Shown piece after piece: positions 52,324 through 64,000 of a stretch of DNA of 64,000 nt. The notes beneath the pieces were generated by a model, which saw nothing but the letters and a program-made list of their open reading frames with translations, did not search any database and had not been told where the DNA came from. Origin of the DNA: Candidatus Bathyarchaeota archaeon (GTDB lineage: Archaea; Thermoproteota; Bathyarchaeia; 40CM-2-53-6); the NCBI GenBank assembly GCA_963833125.1, contig CAWHWX010000032.1:1-64000 (forward strand), given 5' to 3'. The first letter of the stretch is position 1. The number at the start of each line of letters is the position of its first letter. Both the position numbers and the translations under genes were made by a program.

Positions 52324-53673
52324 TTATTTGTAGCAGAGAAGGATGGAAACGACGTGTTTGATTGCCAAAAGGAAGTCTTGCACCCTAATGTTTTCATTCG
52401 GTGCATGAATATTCGAACCATAATAGCCTGCGCCAATTTGTACAGTCGGTTTCTTCATTATCTTGACAGGAACATACATTGCACCGGAAGCTATACTATT
52501 AGGGTATACCACGGGGTCGATACCATAGACTGATTTTGCCGTTTCTATTGTTAGCCTTACTATCCCTGACTCGGGGTCAGTTCTGGCTGGATAGAATTTC
52601 ATTAAGGGTCTAATTTCAATATCGTCAAATCCGAATTTCGTTAGGTGCACTTGAAGTTTGTGCAGTATGTCTTCAGGGTCTTGATCTGGCACAAGGCGCA
52701 TGTCTATTTTAGAGAAGGCTTTGCTCGGCACTATGGTTTTCGGTCCCTCGCCTTCATAACCACTCCGGATGCTATCAATGTTGCAGGTTGGATCGAAGAA
52801 GAGTCTTTTTTTGATGTTCTCGGGGTTTTCGTCTAAGGGGATTTGTTCTATTCCTGCCAGCAGCTTTTCTCTCTGAACGTCGAAAGGCAAGATTTCTAGC
52901 AAACGCTCCATAAGTTGCGTTGGTCGACGAATATCATCGTAGAAACCGTCAATTCTTATTTTTCCGTCCGATAATTTGATGCTGGCTAAAGCCCAAACTA
53001 TTCTCCAAGCAGGATTGCATAGCAACGGGGCTTTGCCCGAGTGTGCGTCCGATCTTGCCCCGGTAGCATGAAGGTCGACACATAGCATCCCTTTGTTCCC
53101 CAGCTCAATCGTCGGTCGCTCCGAAGTATCGCGCTCGCTTCCTTCCCAGATTACAGAATCTGCTTCAAGTAATTGTCGTTGTTCTGTTACGAATGGTGCT
53201 AGATTGGGGCTACCAATCTCTTCTTCTCCCTCTACGATGAATTTGATATTAACCGGGCACTCACCGATCACGGTGAGGATAGAGTGAAGGGCGGCAATCC
53301 TTGACGCAAAAGTCCCCTTGTTATCGGCGGTCCCCCTACCGTATATTTTGCCATCGCGAATCTCTGGCTCAAAAGGCCCTGAGGCCCATTCGTTGAGCGG
53401 ACCTGGATGCTGCACATCGTAGTGGTTGTAAAATAAAATCGTGCCACACGGAGTTGGCGAACGATATGCCCCGTACACAATGGGATTTCCTTTGGTCTGA
53501 AAAATTCTTGTTGTAAGACCTATTTGGTCCATCATTTCTCGTACCAAGTCCGCGCATCTTTTCACCCCGGTATTTTCAGTTGAGATGCTGGGCTGGTGGA
53601 CAAGTTCCTTCAGGTACCCCAGGTAGCGACTTCCATTGGTATCGATATGGGGTAGCACATCGTGCAACGACAT
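52324..53673 (-). CDS. M20/M25/M40 family metallo-hydrolase
   Basis: YNHYDVQ, GRGTADNKG, EGEEEIGS, HAPNEN. Confidence 0.92.
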   Translation of the reverse strand: MSLHDVLPHIDTNGSRYLGYLKELVHQPSISTENTGVKRCADLVREMMDQIGLTTRIFQTKGNPIVYGAYRSPTPCGTILFYNHYDVQHPGPLNEWASGPFEPEIRDGKIYGRGTADNKGTFASRIAALHSILTVIGECPVNIKFIVEGEEEIGSPNLAPFVTEQRQLLEADSVIWEGSERDTSERPTIELGNKGMLCVDLHATGARSDAHSGKAPLLCNPAWRIVWALASIKLSDGKIRIDGFYDDIRRPTQLMERLLEILPFDVQREKLLAGIEQIPLDENPENIKKRLFFDPTCNIDSIRSGYEGEGPKTIVPSKAFSKIDMRLVPDQDPEDILHKLQVHLTKFGFDDIEIRPLMKFYPARTDPESGIVRLTIETAKSVYGIDPVVYPNSIASGAMYVPVKIMKKPTVQIGAGYYGSNIHAPNENIRVQDFLLAIKHVVSILLCYK

Positions 53674-53965
53674 TGGCGGACTGCTCCTATCGTTAGGTTG
53701 AGACTAATCATTCATTTAAAACCAGACCGGTCAGGATTACGGACTCTTCAGAAAACTGCAATTTCCTGCAGCGCGTTGTACTTCCTTCCGAGAATATTCG
53801 ATAGGTTCTACTTCCTTCCTCGAGACTGGCGCGAAATCTGAGCGTTTCCTAATAATTGCTAGCCCCTCCAGCATCCTACTAGGTTTCAAATACCTTCTGG
53901 GATCCATCTGAATGCTATTCAAAAGAGAGAGTGATTCTTCTTGAGACTTGTAAATGCTTAACCAG

Positions 53966-54700
53966 CTAGAGAGAGTTGAGCAACCTGCCATAGCCGTTCA
54001 CTGGACCCTGGATGCCTCCGAGTCGACAAGAGTACCAGAAACTTGCTACGTTGCTAGTGATTACCGGTTTGCGAAGCTCACCTTCGAGCCGTGCAACGAT
54101 CGGTACAGCGTGCAGTCCGGTGCAACTTAGGAAGATTCCGTCAGCATCCGATGTGTCGACACTCTTGCCCAACTCAAATATATCTTCCGTTTCGAGTAAG
54201 CTCATTGATGGCCCATTGCTGATTTGAAGCCCCCGAATGCTGACAACATCGAATCCATGTTGTTCTAAGTACTGCTTCTCGGCGGCATTAATATCGTCAG
54301 TGTACGGAGTTCCGACAGCAACCTTGTGCACCCCAAGATGACGCAAGGCATTCACTACTGCTGTAATTGTTGTCGTTGCCTTGGCATTAGGAGCCAGCTT
54401 TTGGATCTTATTGATCAATAGATCTTCGCCTATGACAATGCTGCCAGCAGTGCAGGCAAAACAGATTACGTTTGGTTGAGCCCAGACAATCTCAGTGACC
54501 GCCTTCTCGACCTGTGATAACAAAGTGGCGAGCACGCTGGGTGAGACTGATGAGGCATCGAACATCATCCGTGAGGCATGAACCGCAACTCCATCTGGGG
54601 CAAGCTGGTTGAATTCTGGTTCAACCGTCATGTCGTCTGCGAGAACGAGCAGTCCAATTCTGTGCCTAAAAGGTGGCAAATTCGTGCTGGTTTCTCCCAT
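53966..54700 (-). CDS. Maleate cis-trans isomerase / arylmalonate decarboxylase (Asp/Glu racemase) family
   Basis: FACTAGS, TPY, FLSCTGL, KPVITSN. Confidence 0.85.
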   Translation of the reverse strand: MGETSTNLPPFRHRIGLLVLADDMTVEPEFNQLAPDGVAVHASRMMFDASSVSPSVLATLLSQVEKAVTEIVWAQPNVICFACTAGSIVIGEDLLINKIQKLAPNAKATTTITAVVNALRHLGVHKVAVGTPYTDDINAAEKQYLEQHGFDVVSIRGLQISNGPSMSLLETEDIFELGKSVDTSDADGIFLSCTGLHAVPIVARLEGELRKPVITSNVASFWYSCRLGGIQGPVNGYGRLLNSL

Positions 54701-55001
54701 GCTATGCATTGAAGGAACTTGACATAAGTTATTCGGAATGTAAGGGCTTTTTGAATGGTATATCCTCATAATAGCAGAGGATCATCTATATCTTCAATTC
54801 GGCTATCCTTTTGACAGGTTTTCATAACGATGAACATCGAGGTCACTTTTGAGAGCTTTATTCTGTCCTACCATGCGAATGAGATCTCATGATAGGCGAT
54901 TGAGAACTCCTAAATTCTGAAGGCTCGAAGAAAGCGTAGACACCGCGATCAGCGCAAATCGTCTTTTCGAAACGGTTCCAACCAATCGAAACGGCTTTAG
55001 G

Positions 55002-56098
55002 ATGCGTCAGGCTCCACTTTTCGTGTGGCATACGGTTGAGGCTCCTAGAGAGTCAACTGAGGGAGTTCTACCAGGCTTTTTTCAAGAAATTCGATGCACC
55101 TGAAGACGAGAGTGCGTAATCTTTGCTGACCAACTGGTTTAACGCGGACCTGAAAGGATTCGACGGTCAAGGTATCGTGATGTTCAACTTACACTACATT
55201 CGACCTCTTGTCGCGGGCGACATGAAATTTGGTCGAACCATCCGCGTCGTAAAAGAGACGCCTGCCATGGCTCTAATTGACGGGGGAGGCGGAATCAGGG
55301 CACGTCATAGGTGCCAAGGCGATGGAGGTCGCTGTTGCCAAGGCTAAGAAGTCTGGCGTAGGCCTCGTCTCAATTGGGAACAGCACGGCTTGGGGAAGTA
55401 CCTCATACCAATCTACGATGGCATTGAAACATGATTGCATAGGCGTAGCGATGGCCATTTACAATTCGCCTATGGTTGCACCGTGGGGAGGTCGCGATCC
55501 GGTTTTTGGTACAAACCCGTTCTCATATGCTATTCCTGCGAAGAAGCATTGGCCAATCGTACTGGACATGTCCACTGCTGCGGCGTCGGCAAGCCGAGTG
55601 TATGAGGCTATGGTGCATGGCAGAAAGATTCCTGAGGGGTGGATTCTCGACTCCTCTGGACGCCCCACAACGGATCCACATGCTCTTTTCTCCGACCTTT
55701 CTCGGCCTGCGGGAGGTGTTCTGCAGACTTTCGGCCCTCGAGGTTTCGGACTCATGATAATGGTTGAACTTCTGACTGGCCCGCTGTCCGGCATGGGGCT
55801 ATCCATCAATAATGACGCAGGAGTTAGACTAGGTCAGCTGTGTATGGCGATTGACATTAACCAGTTCACACCCATTGATGAATTTAAGGAGAAAGTCTGA
55901 TCGGTTGATTGATTCCGTAAATCCTCGAGGGTAGCTGAGGGCTTCAAAGAGATCTACATGCCAGGAGAATTACAGTTCATCGAAGAAGAAAAGCGTCGCA
56001 AGGAAGGAATCGAAGTCCCCGAAAAAGTGTGGAAAGAAGTCACCGAAGCCGCGAAGAAACTGGGCATTGACTGGGAGAAAGCCATAATAGAGGATTAG
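55002..56098 (+). CDS. Ldh_2 family (ComC/AllD-like) NAD(P)-dependent oxidoreductase (frameshifts)
   Basis: ADLKG, LIDGG, FGTNPFSYAIP, VLDMST, PTTDP, YMPGE. Confidence 0.82.
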
Positions 56099-56123
56099 TA
56101 TCACGCCCTATCTTACCCACAAC

Positions 56124-57132
56124 CTACTCTCGTTGCGTTCTTTTGGAAAATGCATTCAACACCTCAAAGGAGATTTCATCATTGACGGGAACCAGTACCG
56201 GAAGACTTAGACCAGCTTCATAGTAATCTTCGAGCCTAGCTTGGCAATCGTCTGCGTTGCCAACAAGCGCCAAGTGTTTCGCTGTTTCAATATCAATGAG
56301 TTTTGAGGCACCCGCCAAGTCGTATTTGTCCACTCTTGGATCATAGAATTTTCTAAGCCTACCAGATAAGTCAGGATCCTCACCCGAACCTTCCAAAAGA
56401 GCCTCCCCAAGCCTTGGAAAAGACAGCACATACGCAAGAGGTGCTCTGGATAAGCCCGAGTGCCTTCAGATCGATCCTTACATAGTGAACACCAAACGAG
56501 AGAGGCTATGTCGACATCCTCTTTTTGTCGTCCCTTTCTTATCGCAGCATCGGCCAATTGTTCTGTAGAACGTTTCACATATTGAGGAGAGGTTGCATAG
56601 TCCAAAAGCACTCCGTCCGCCACTTCACCGGTCATTTGCAGCGTCTTTGGACCAACTGCTGCGACATATACCGGAACTTTGTGGACCGGTGGCTTGCTCA
56701 GTCCAACATTCGATATTTTGTAATTTGCTGTAGAGACTGTGATGCTCTTGCCTGATAGCAAATCTCTTACAATTGTAACAAACTCGCTAAGTGTTTGAAG
56801 TGGGTGATCGAATGGGTACCCCATCTGATTTCTAATCAAAGTGATGCTCCCGGTTCCGACGCCTAGAATGAAACGTCCACCGGAGTCGTCACTGAGAGTG
56901 GCGGAGCTCATTGCGGCGAGAATTGGATGACGAGTGTAACACGGAATTATCCCGTCGCCAATCCGATATGTCTAGTGGTCATTGACACAATTGAGAGTGT
57001 AGCGAAAGCGTCTCTGAAGAACGGGTTTTCACATGCCCAGATAGATTCGAAACCTTTCTTTTCGGCCTCTTGGGCTACCGAAATTGTAGCACTTACAGGC
57101 GTCTTGTTTTGTGTCGTCATAGCAACTCGCAT
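56124..57132 (-). CDS. LLM class (Mer-like) oxidoreductase (frameshifts)
   Basis: GFESIWACE, RDAF, SGGRFILGVGTG, AVGPKTL...ADGV. Confidence 0.8.
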
Positions 57133-57341
57133 TCAGCACCAACTCAATGAATATGCTCTTGAATGAAGAACGTGTAGGACTATGTGAATTGTTCTGCGTG
57201 ACTTGCCTAGTGGTTCAGTTCCTGATCAAGACAGAGTGGTATCGTTCTTTGCAATGCATTGTGCAAGAAATCTTGCCGTCGATCCCGATAAGCGTGTCCG
57301 TTTTTGCAGCGTGGCCAATAGGAATGATGGAGTTGGATCGT

Positions 57342-58204
57342 CTACCACGAAAACAAAGAGCTCATTGTGATATTTGTAGGTATTTGGCAACGTCTATGAG
57401 TCGGGAAGAAAACGTCGTCGAAACTGCTGCAATATTTTATTAGATTTTCCATGAATATCATCCTGTGTCCTCGACCGCTTACTTGAGGGTGAAAAGTCAG
57501 AGTCCATACTCCCCAATCTAAGTGGGCTCTCATATAGTCGAGGTCTCCCTTGTAATTGTCAAACACGTCCGTTATTGACCTCAGCCCGGTTCTGTTATCT
57601 CGGATGAATTCAAAGTTTGACCAATCATCTGTTGACCAAGAGATTCGGAATTCCAACACGTTAATTTCTTTGCCGTGGCGCAGCACATCATTTTCAAAGT
57701 AGTCACCGCTCCGGCATCTGTATGGTGTGTAGTCGTCTGCCATGAGGCTGCTATCGTATATGAAGCGATTCTCCTGAAGAAGTCTGGGAGTATCGGTTGT
57801 AAACTCCCAGATTGGTGATCTATACCCATACGGTCTTTGCCCGATGGCACGCTCAATTGCGGCATTCCCTTTTTGCAGAGCTGTATTCTCCTCATCTGCG
57901 TTAAGCTTGGAGATGTTCTCATGCAGGTAACCATGGTTCCCTACCTCATGTCCCTCTCTATGAATCTCCTTAACGTGATTTGAGAAGTATCCGCGACAAG
58001 GCCAGGGACGAAGAAAGTACTAGTTACGTTGTATTTGTGCAGTAGACCAAGAATTCTTGGCACACCAACGTTGGGTCCAAATTCACCCCGTGAAATAAAT
58101 TGTGGTGTCCTGACACCGTACGACGAAATCCATACTGAGTAGGCGTCAAAATCGAAGGTAAAGCACACAGCAAATTTCTTTCCGCTAGGGAAAACACACT
58201 TCAA
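57342..58204 (-). CDS. Polysaccharide deacetylase (PuuE/HpPgdA-like) family (frameshifts)
   Basis: TFDFD, GVPRIL, TFFVPG, DDW, TFHPQVSGR. Confidence 0.8.
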
Positions 58205-58356
58205 AAATATGACCGCAGCTGCTAAGCCCCGTCGTTATTTTAAATTTGCGCACGCTGTGAAGGTCGGATGACTTGCTTATAGTTAACAAGGTCAAAGAAA
58301 TTTTCGACTGGCCGAACAATATATGGCCCAGAACTCTAATTCAGCTGCATAATTCA

Positions 58357-59564
58357 ATGCTGGCAGCACCTATGCCTAACCTGAAAAAATATGAATTACC
58401 CTTTCCGCTCTCCGAATACAAAGACCGATTGCAGAGACTAAAGAGACGCAATGCACGTAGCGGATGTGGACGTTGCGCTCATTGAGGGTCTCCGCGACCT
58501 CTACTGGTTAACTGGAACGAGGATCATCGAAGAACAGGGCCCGGGCGATAATCAACTCATCATCTGGGATGGCGAGCCCATAATGGTGGTTCGACACCTC
58601 GAAGCGTTCGCGAGTAAGTGCTCGACTTGGATTAATGAATGGAAGGAGTACACGGATGAAGGGCCTATCAACCCATATGACCCAATAGCGAAGGTCGCTG
58701 GAAACTCTCAAAGATCATCGACTAGGAAGAAAACGGATAGGAGTCAACTTTAGACTGATGACGCTTGAGCACCATGACAGGCTAAAACAACTTCTGCCTG
58801 ACGCCGAGATCCAAGACTTCCGCGCCGAGTAACAAGGTATCGTGAAATCTAGGCTTGAGCAGGAATGCCAGTTTAGGGCTGCGAAATTAACCAGGATGCT
58901 TTGATGGCGACGATAAATGAGATGCAGATCGGTTGGAGTCAACAGGAGATTGAAGACTGCATCGTCCGTTACCAGATAAAATCTCTCGGTAGCGAGTTTG
59001 AAAGGATGGGTGAGCCTGACATGCTCTGCAGAGTTGGGCAAGACAACTTGCAAATGCACCAGACCGTATGGGGAGGGGAGGCGAGGCAAGCCAAGATAAC
59101 ACACGGGGATATCGTCTACTTAGAGCCAGGAACGTACATCAAGAGATACGCCGGAACAATGGTGCGAATGATATTCTTCGGCAAACCCTCCTGCTGCCGT
59201 CAGGAGGTCGTGCGAGTCGAGTATAGAGGCTCTGAACCGTGCAATTGAAGCGACTGCGCCTGGGAGGACTGCGCATGAAGTGGACAAAGCTGGACGAGAC
59301 TACTTTGTGAAAATGGGCCTTGACTGCCAAGGGAGAATGGGTTATTCATGCGGAATCGATTGGTCAGAAGCTAACACGATGTCCATCGAACCCAACAACC
59401 CTCTAGTCTTGAAGCCGTGGACACATTCTTCATTATGTATCCCTCAACTATCTGCCAGATTGGGGATACATAGGCGCTAGCGAACAGATTCTGGTTACGA
59501 GAGAAGGCACGAAGTCCTCGCTGATCGTGACCGAACGTGCCCCAGAATTCTCTTCACAAAATAA
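58357..59564 (+). CDS. M24 family aminopeptidase/creatinase-like (ectoine hydrolase-like), multiply frameshifted
   Basis: LPFPLSEYKDRL, DLYWLTG, GDIVYLE...RY, GYSCGI.W.E. Confidence 0.65.
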
Positions 59565-60036
59565 GACACACGTTATGAATTCTGGTCTCTGTTCTCGCGG
59601 AACGCATTTCTCATTTTCTTTTTCATGGATGTCTCGCATGCGGCGACTGGACCTCGTTCGATCTTCAGCTCCTTTAGCCTGCCCTCATTGAATCGATATT
59701 CACGTTTGCATGAATCGCACCGGAAGCAAAACTCATCAACATCGACCTTCAAGTAACCGCCTACTTCGGTTTACCTTAACCAAATGGCTTATGGCAATCC
59801 AGGCCATCTGTCGAATTAGATTCAATTTCCAAATACGCTGCAACTCAGCGCCACAAATACACTTGGTCGGCTGGAAAAGGTTCTTCAGTCTGAGAAGAAA
59901 TTTCTGGGGCGAAAGAGTCAAACCAAAAGAGATTGAGCAGCAACAAGAGAGAACTCCCAGCACCACATTTGACACAGCATATAACTATTAGGAGCGTGCA
60001 TGATTTTATTGACTATCGCAGTCCGGGAGATGATCG

Positions 60037-61632
60037 ATGATAAACAAGAAGACCAAAAGGAAAGGTTCAACGAAGATTCCGAGAATTACTTATGCGACGC
60101 TAAAAGTGACACCTCAAGACGACAAGGCTTACGATGATGCAGTAGTCCGAGTAAGGACTAAGCTCGGCGGGCACTTCGCCATGCTCATCAACGGCAAGGA
60201 GCGATTCTCAGCTGAGGAGATGGCGCACGCTAGCCCTGTGGACACAAGAGCAATCGTCAGTTACTTTCCCAAGGGAACACGTGATGATGTGAAGTCGGCG
60301 ATTGCGGCGGCTAGACAAGCATACCCAAATTGGGCTGCTATGCCATACAGTGATCGAATCGCAATCTTACGTAAAGCAGCTGAACTGATGATTGAAAGGC
60401 GTTACGAGCTGTCAGCCTGGATGGCCTTTGAGGTGGGCAAGAACCGCTCCGAATCCCTGGCGGAAGTTAACGAAGCTGCGGAGCTGATCCGTTACTACTG
60501 CGACCAGATGTTACGCAACAAGGGTTTCTTACGTCCACTTGAATCGCCCGGTCCAGGACAGAAGACTTACAGCGTCTTGCGTCCATATGGGGTATGGGCG
60601 GTAATAGGTCCTTGGAACTTTCCCTTTTCATTAGCCGCTGGGATGTCTGCTGGTGCACTCATTGCGGGTAACACTGTTGTGTTCAAACCTTCGAGCGACT
60701 CACCGGTACTTGGATTTGAGCTCTGTAGAGCATTTGTTGACGCTGGCCTTCCGCCTGGGGTATTCAACTTCGTGACTGGACCCGGGGAACAGTTGGGGCT
60801 GAATTGCGAGATAATCAGGAGATTGATGGACTTGTCTTCACTGGGTCGAAGGACGTAGGGTTGGAGATTTATCACCACTTTACACGAGGCTACCCTAAGC
60901 CGGTGATTACAGAAATGGGGGGAAAGAACCCAGTCATAGTTACTGCTTCAGCGGACCTCGACTCGGCCGCGGAAGGAGTCATGCGTGCAGCCTTTGGTTA
61001 TGGAGGGCAGAGATGCGCAGCATGTTCTCTCGTTTATGTGGACCAGCATGTTAAAACCAACTTCGTCGAACTCCTGAAGAAGTACACTCTAGAATACGTG
61101 AAGATTGGCAATCCTACACACAAGGAAACCTTCTTGGGGCCAATAATCAACAAGGCTGCTGTGGAAACCTATTTGCAAGCAGTCGAAGAAGCGAGTCTGC
61201 GCTTCCGGGCGATTTTTAGCCGGAGGCAAAGTACTATCAACTGACGAGTGCAGAAACGGTTACTTCGTGGAACCAACAATTGTGGATGGCCTTCCTCCAT
61301 CTCATCGATTAATCAAAGAAGAATTGTTTGTTCCATTTCTTGTAATCACAGGGGTGGAATCATTCGACGAAGCCCTGAGACTCGCGAACCAGAACGAATT
61401 CGGACTCTGTGCGGGAATCTATACAAGGAACGAAGATGAATTGCGCATTTTCTTCAACGAAATACAGGCTGGCGTTACATATTCGAATATACGTGCGGGT
61501 GCAACTACAGGTGCTTGGCCTGGGATCAACTCTTTCGGAGGATGGAAGGGCAGCGGTTCCACGGGCAAGAACTGGCGCAAGGGCCGTATTACCTGCAACA
61601 ATTCATGCGTGAGCAGTCGCGGTGGATCGTAA
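60037..61632 (+). CDS. Aldehyde dehydrogenase (P5C dehydrogenase-like; frameshifts)
   Basis: PWNFP, KPS, FTGS, EMGGKN, GQRCAACS, EELFVP, FGGWKGSG. Confidence 0.9.
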
Positions 61633-61762
61633 CCTCTATAAGAACAGTTCATGACATCGGATTTGAGGACGGTTCTCCAGACATGCTACCCTGTTTTCTA
61701 GTAACTACACTTATTGTTAATTGAGTTGCATTCACACAAGTTGTTTATCGGAAGACACGTTC

Positions 61763-62687
61763 ATGGTTCGATTTGGTGCCGTCATTCCTCAGCATGGTCG
61801 TACTTATGAAGAAATCAAGCTTATTGCCTCAGAAAGCGGAGAAATTGGGGTTCGACTCCGTCTGGATCTATGATCACTTGTTTTGGTCAAGCGAACCCTT
61901 CCTCGAAGCGTGGACCACATTGTCTTCTCTCGCACGTGACGTCCCGAGAGTTCGTCTAGGAACATTGGTCACCTGCTACGCGTATTGACATCCGTCTATT
62001 ATGGCCAAAATAGCGGCCAGTCTAGACAACATCTCGAAAGGTAGACTTGACCTGGGGTTGGGAGCAGGGAGTAGTCTGCCGGTTCACGAGCAAGAAATGA
62101 CTTCTTTCGGCTTTACATTTCCTGAACGAAATGTGAGATTCGATCAGCTCCGCGAGTATATCGCCCTGATTAGAGAGATGTGGACGAGCGATGAAGCAAC
62201 GTACAGAGGGCAATACTATAGCGTAAACAGGGCCATTTGCAATCCGAAACCTCTACAGAAACCCGGTCCTCCTATCGTTGTCGCTGGCACCGGGCAAAAG
62301 ATACTACGAACCGTTGTCGATCTTGCCGATGGTCTGAACTATTGGGGGAGTACGGAAGAATATTCAAAAATTATTACGACTTTGAATCGGTTATGTGTTT
62401 CGGGCGGATGTGACCCTAGTACCATAGAAAAATCCTGGCACCTAACGGGTCTGATCGAAGAAGGTTCTGAAGCGGCTGTAAAGAAATTGGGATATCTCAA
62501 GAGGAACGCTAAGACGCTTTACGGCGAAAAATCCATCGAGTCGGCGTTCGGCGGTTCTCCGGATGATTGGACTCAGCTCTGCGCTAGAGGCGTTAGAATC
62601 GGAATTTCTTCCATCCAAGTTTGGTTTCTGGATGCGATCGAGCTCACTCCTCTTCGGATCTTTGCGGGGAAGTCGTGCCTGCTGTGA
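61763..62687 (+). CDS. LLM class flavin-dependent oxidoreductase (interrupted)
   Basis: GFDSVWIYDH, EAWTTLS, AKIAASLDNISKGRLDLGLGAG, PKPLQKP. Confidence 0.8.
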
Positions 62688-62848
62688 AGCAATACGCGCT
62701 CAGTCTAGGCCATTGAAGTGGGAGCTGCAAACTTAGGATCTGAAGTGAGTAAATGTTTGTAATATAAGACCCAAACCTTCATGCAATGGCGGAAGGGATG
62801 CAAGCCTCAAAATGTTTATGGCACGAGTAGATCGAACGATTCTCGTCA

Positions 62849-63963
62849 CTACAAAATTCGTGATTCTCGATTCGTCTTCGACAGAATCTCCGGGCCATGG
62901 TCTGTAACTAGCACCATGTCTTCGATCCTAACTCCCACCTTATTGGGAATTGTCAAGCCTACTTCACACATCATCACCATATCCTCTTGGAAGACTTGGT
63001 CTGTCTTAGGGCTCATTTCCGGAGTCTCACGTACTTCAAGACCGATTCCATGGCTAATGTGAAACTGTTCGTATTTAGTTTCCTGGACGACTCTTTTTGC
63101 AGATTCATAGACACTGAACATTTTGTTTCCAGATCGGATTTCTCCGACAGCAGCATTGAACATGGCACCAAGAACGTCAAGTATATCCTCTTGTTCATCC
63201 GAAGTGTGTTCCAATTGTGCCTATCCGGGTCAGTACTCCACAGTAGCCAGATATTCTGGCTCCAAGATTTATCACTAATGTGTCTCCATGAACTAATCTT
63301 CTATGACTCGGTTGCGCGGCTTGCCAAGCCGTTCTTTCACCAGAGAAGACTTCAGGAGGAAATGGTAACTCATCTGCGCCGTGAACTCTTACAGCATTTA
63401 CCCCTGCCATGGCTACCTCGACCTCCGTTTTTCCGTTTGCGGCTGTTTCAAATGCAGCTTCGATGCCAATTTCACTTAGAGTTTCGGCATTTTGTAGTAT
63501 TTGAATTTCGGATTGGCTCTTAATCATCCGCTCTTGCTGTATTATGCTGGTATGTTCAAACGATGCTTTTGGGATGAATCTGCTCAAATCCGAATAGATT
63601 CTTTGGGGTAGCAAAAACAAATTTCTAGACCAATCCTTGGTTTTTCGCCTGTCACCATTTGAGAAACGGTTTCTCCGAAGTTTACTGCCACTTCAACATC
63701 GGCAATCCTACACTGCCGACTCGCTCGTTGCAGATCCAACGAAGTCTCTCACCCAAGAGTAGCTTAGAATTTCCACTCTTTGAAATGAAAAATGCCCATT
63801 CACCCATAGGATACGAGTAGTCGCACATGTATCTGACCGCCCCTGGTCCGTGAAAAACGTCAGGATTCCCGTACACGAACAATCCGTCTAAGTGCTCCTT
63901 CTCCATTCTCCGGGTCACCCTCACTTCTCTAGCCAAGAACTCTTCATTGGAGATGCTCGCCAT
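62849..63963 (-). CDS. Xaa-Pro peptidase (M24) family protein (frameshifts)
   Basis: RMIKSQSEI, HGIGLEVRETP, GVRIEDMVLVT. Confidence 0.82.
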
Positions 63964-64000
63964 TCCTGCGCTCGTACTTTTCGCACAACACAACTCATTC

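Noticed and set aside
61652-61667. TGACA-TCGG-ATTTGAG single match to the reversed TnsB-site consensus
   Set aside because: Isolated, one mismatch, and no terminal ACA or TSD at the right spacing.

Overview
Archaeal DNA of the TACK group, most consistent with Bathyarchaeia (an inference from archaeal TBP, rpL3, multi-intron tRNAs and RAD55/KaiC-like proteins). Many genes are broken by single-base frameshifts, probably long-read indel errors. Four zones are visible. (1) 1-9 kb: metabolic genes (CocE hydrolase, azlCD, dhaKL, pterin dehydratase) and a KaiC-STAND-TPR protein. (2) 9-29 kb: a variable region between a three-intron tRNA-Leu(GAG) and an orphan rpl3. It holds eight genes with an (I/V)PEYPLG-TM-RR sorting tail; four share a conserved upstream block (with an integrase-like tail in three of them), and three are followed by 11-8-11 inverted-repeat sites. 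It also has three degenerate tRNA 3'-end copies around a TBP gene. (3) From 34.8 kb: a Tn7-like element inserted 21 bp downstream of tRNA-Thr(CGT). It has a clear end (TGT plus three TnsB-type repeats), a Dcm/Vsr/GHKL-nuclease cargo, a translationally coupled Cas4-like + TniQ pair, and a tnsA-tnsB-tniB-tniQ core. (4) 50-64 kb: an amino-acid-derivative catabolic cluster that may still be transposon cargo, since the second end was not found. No CRISPR array was seen.
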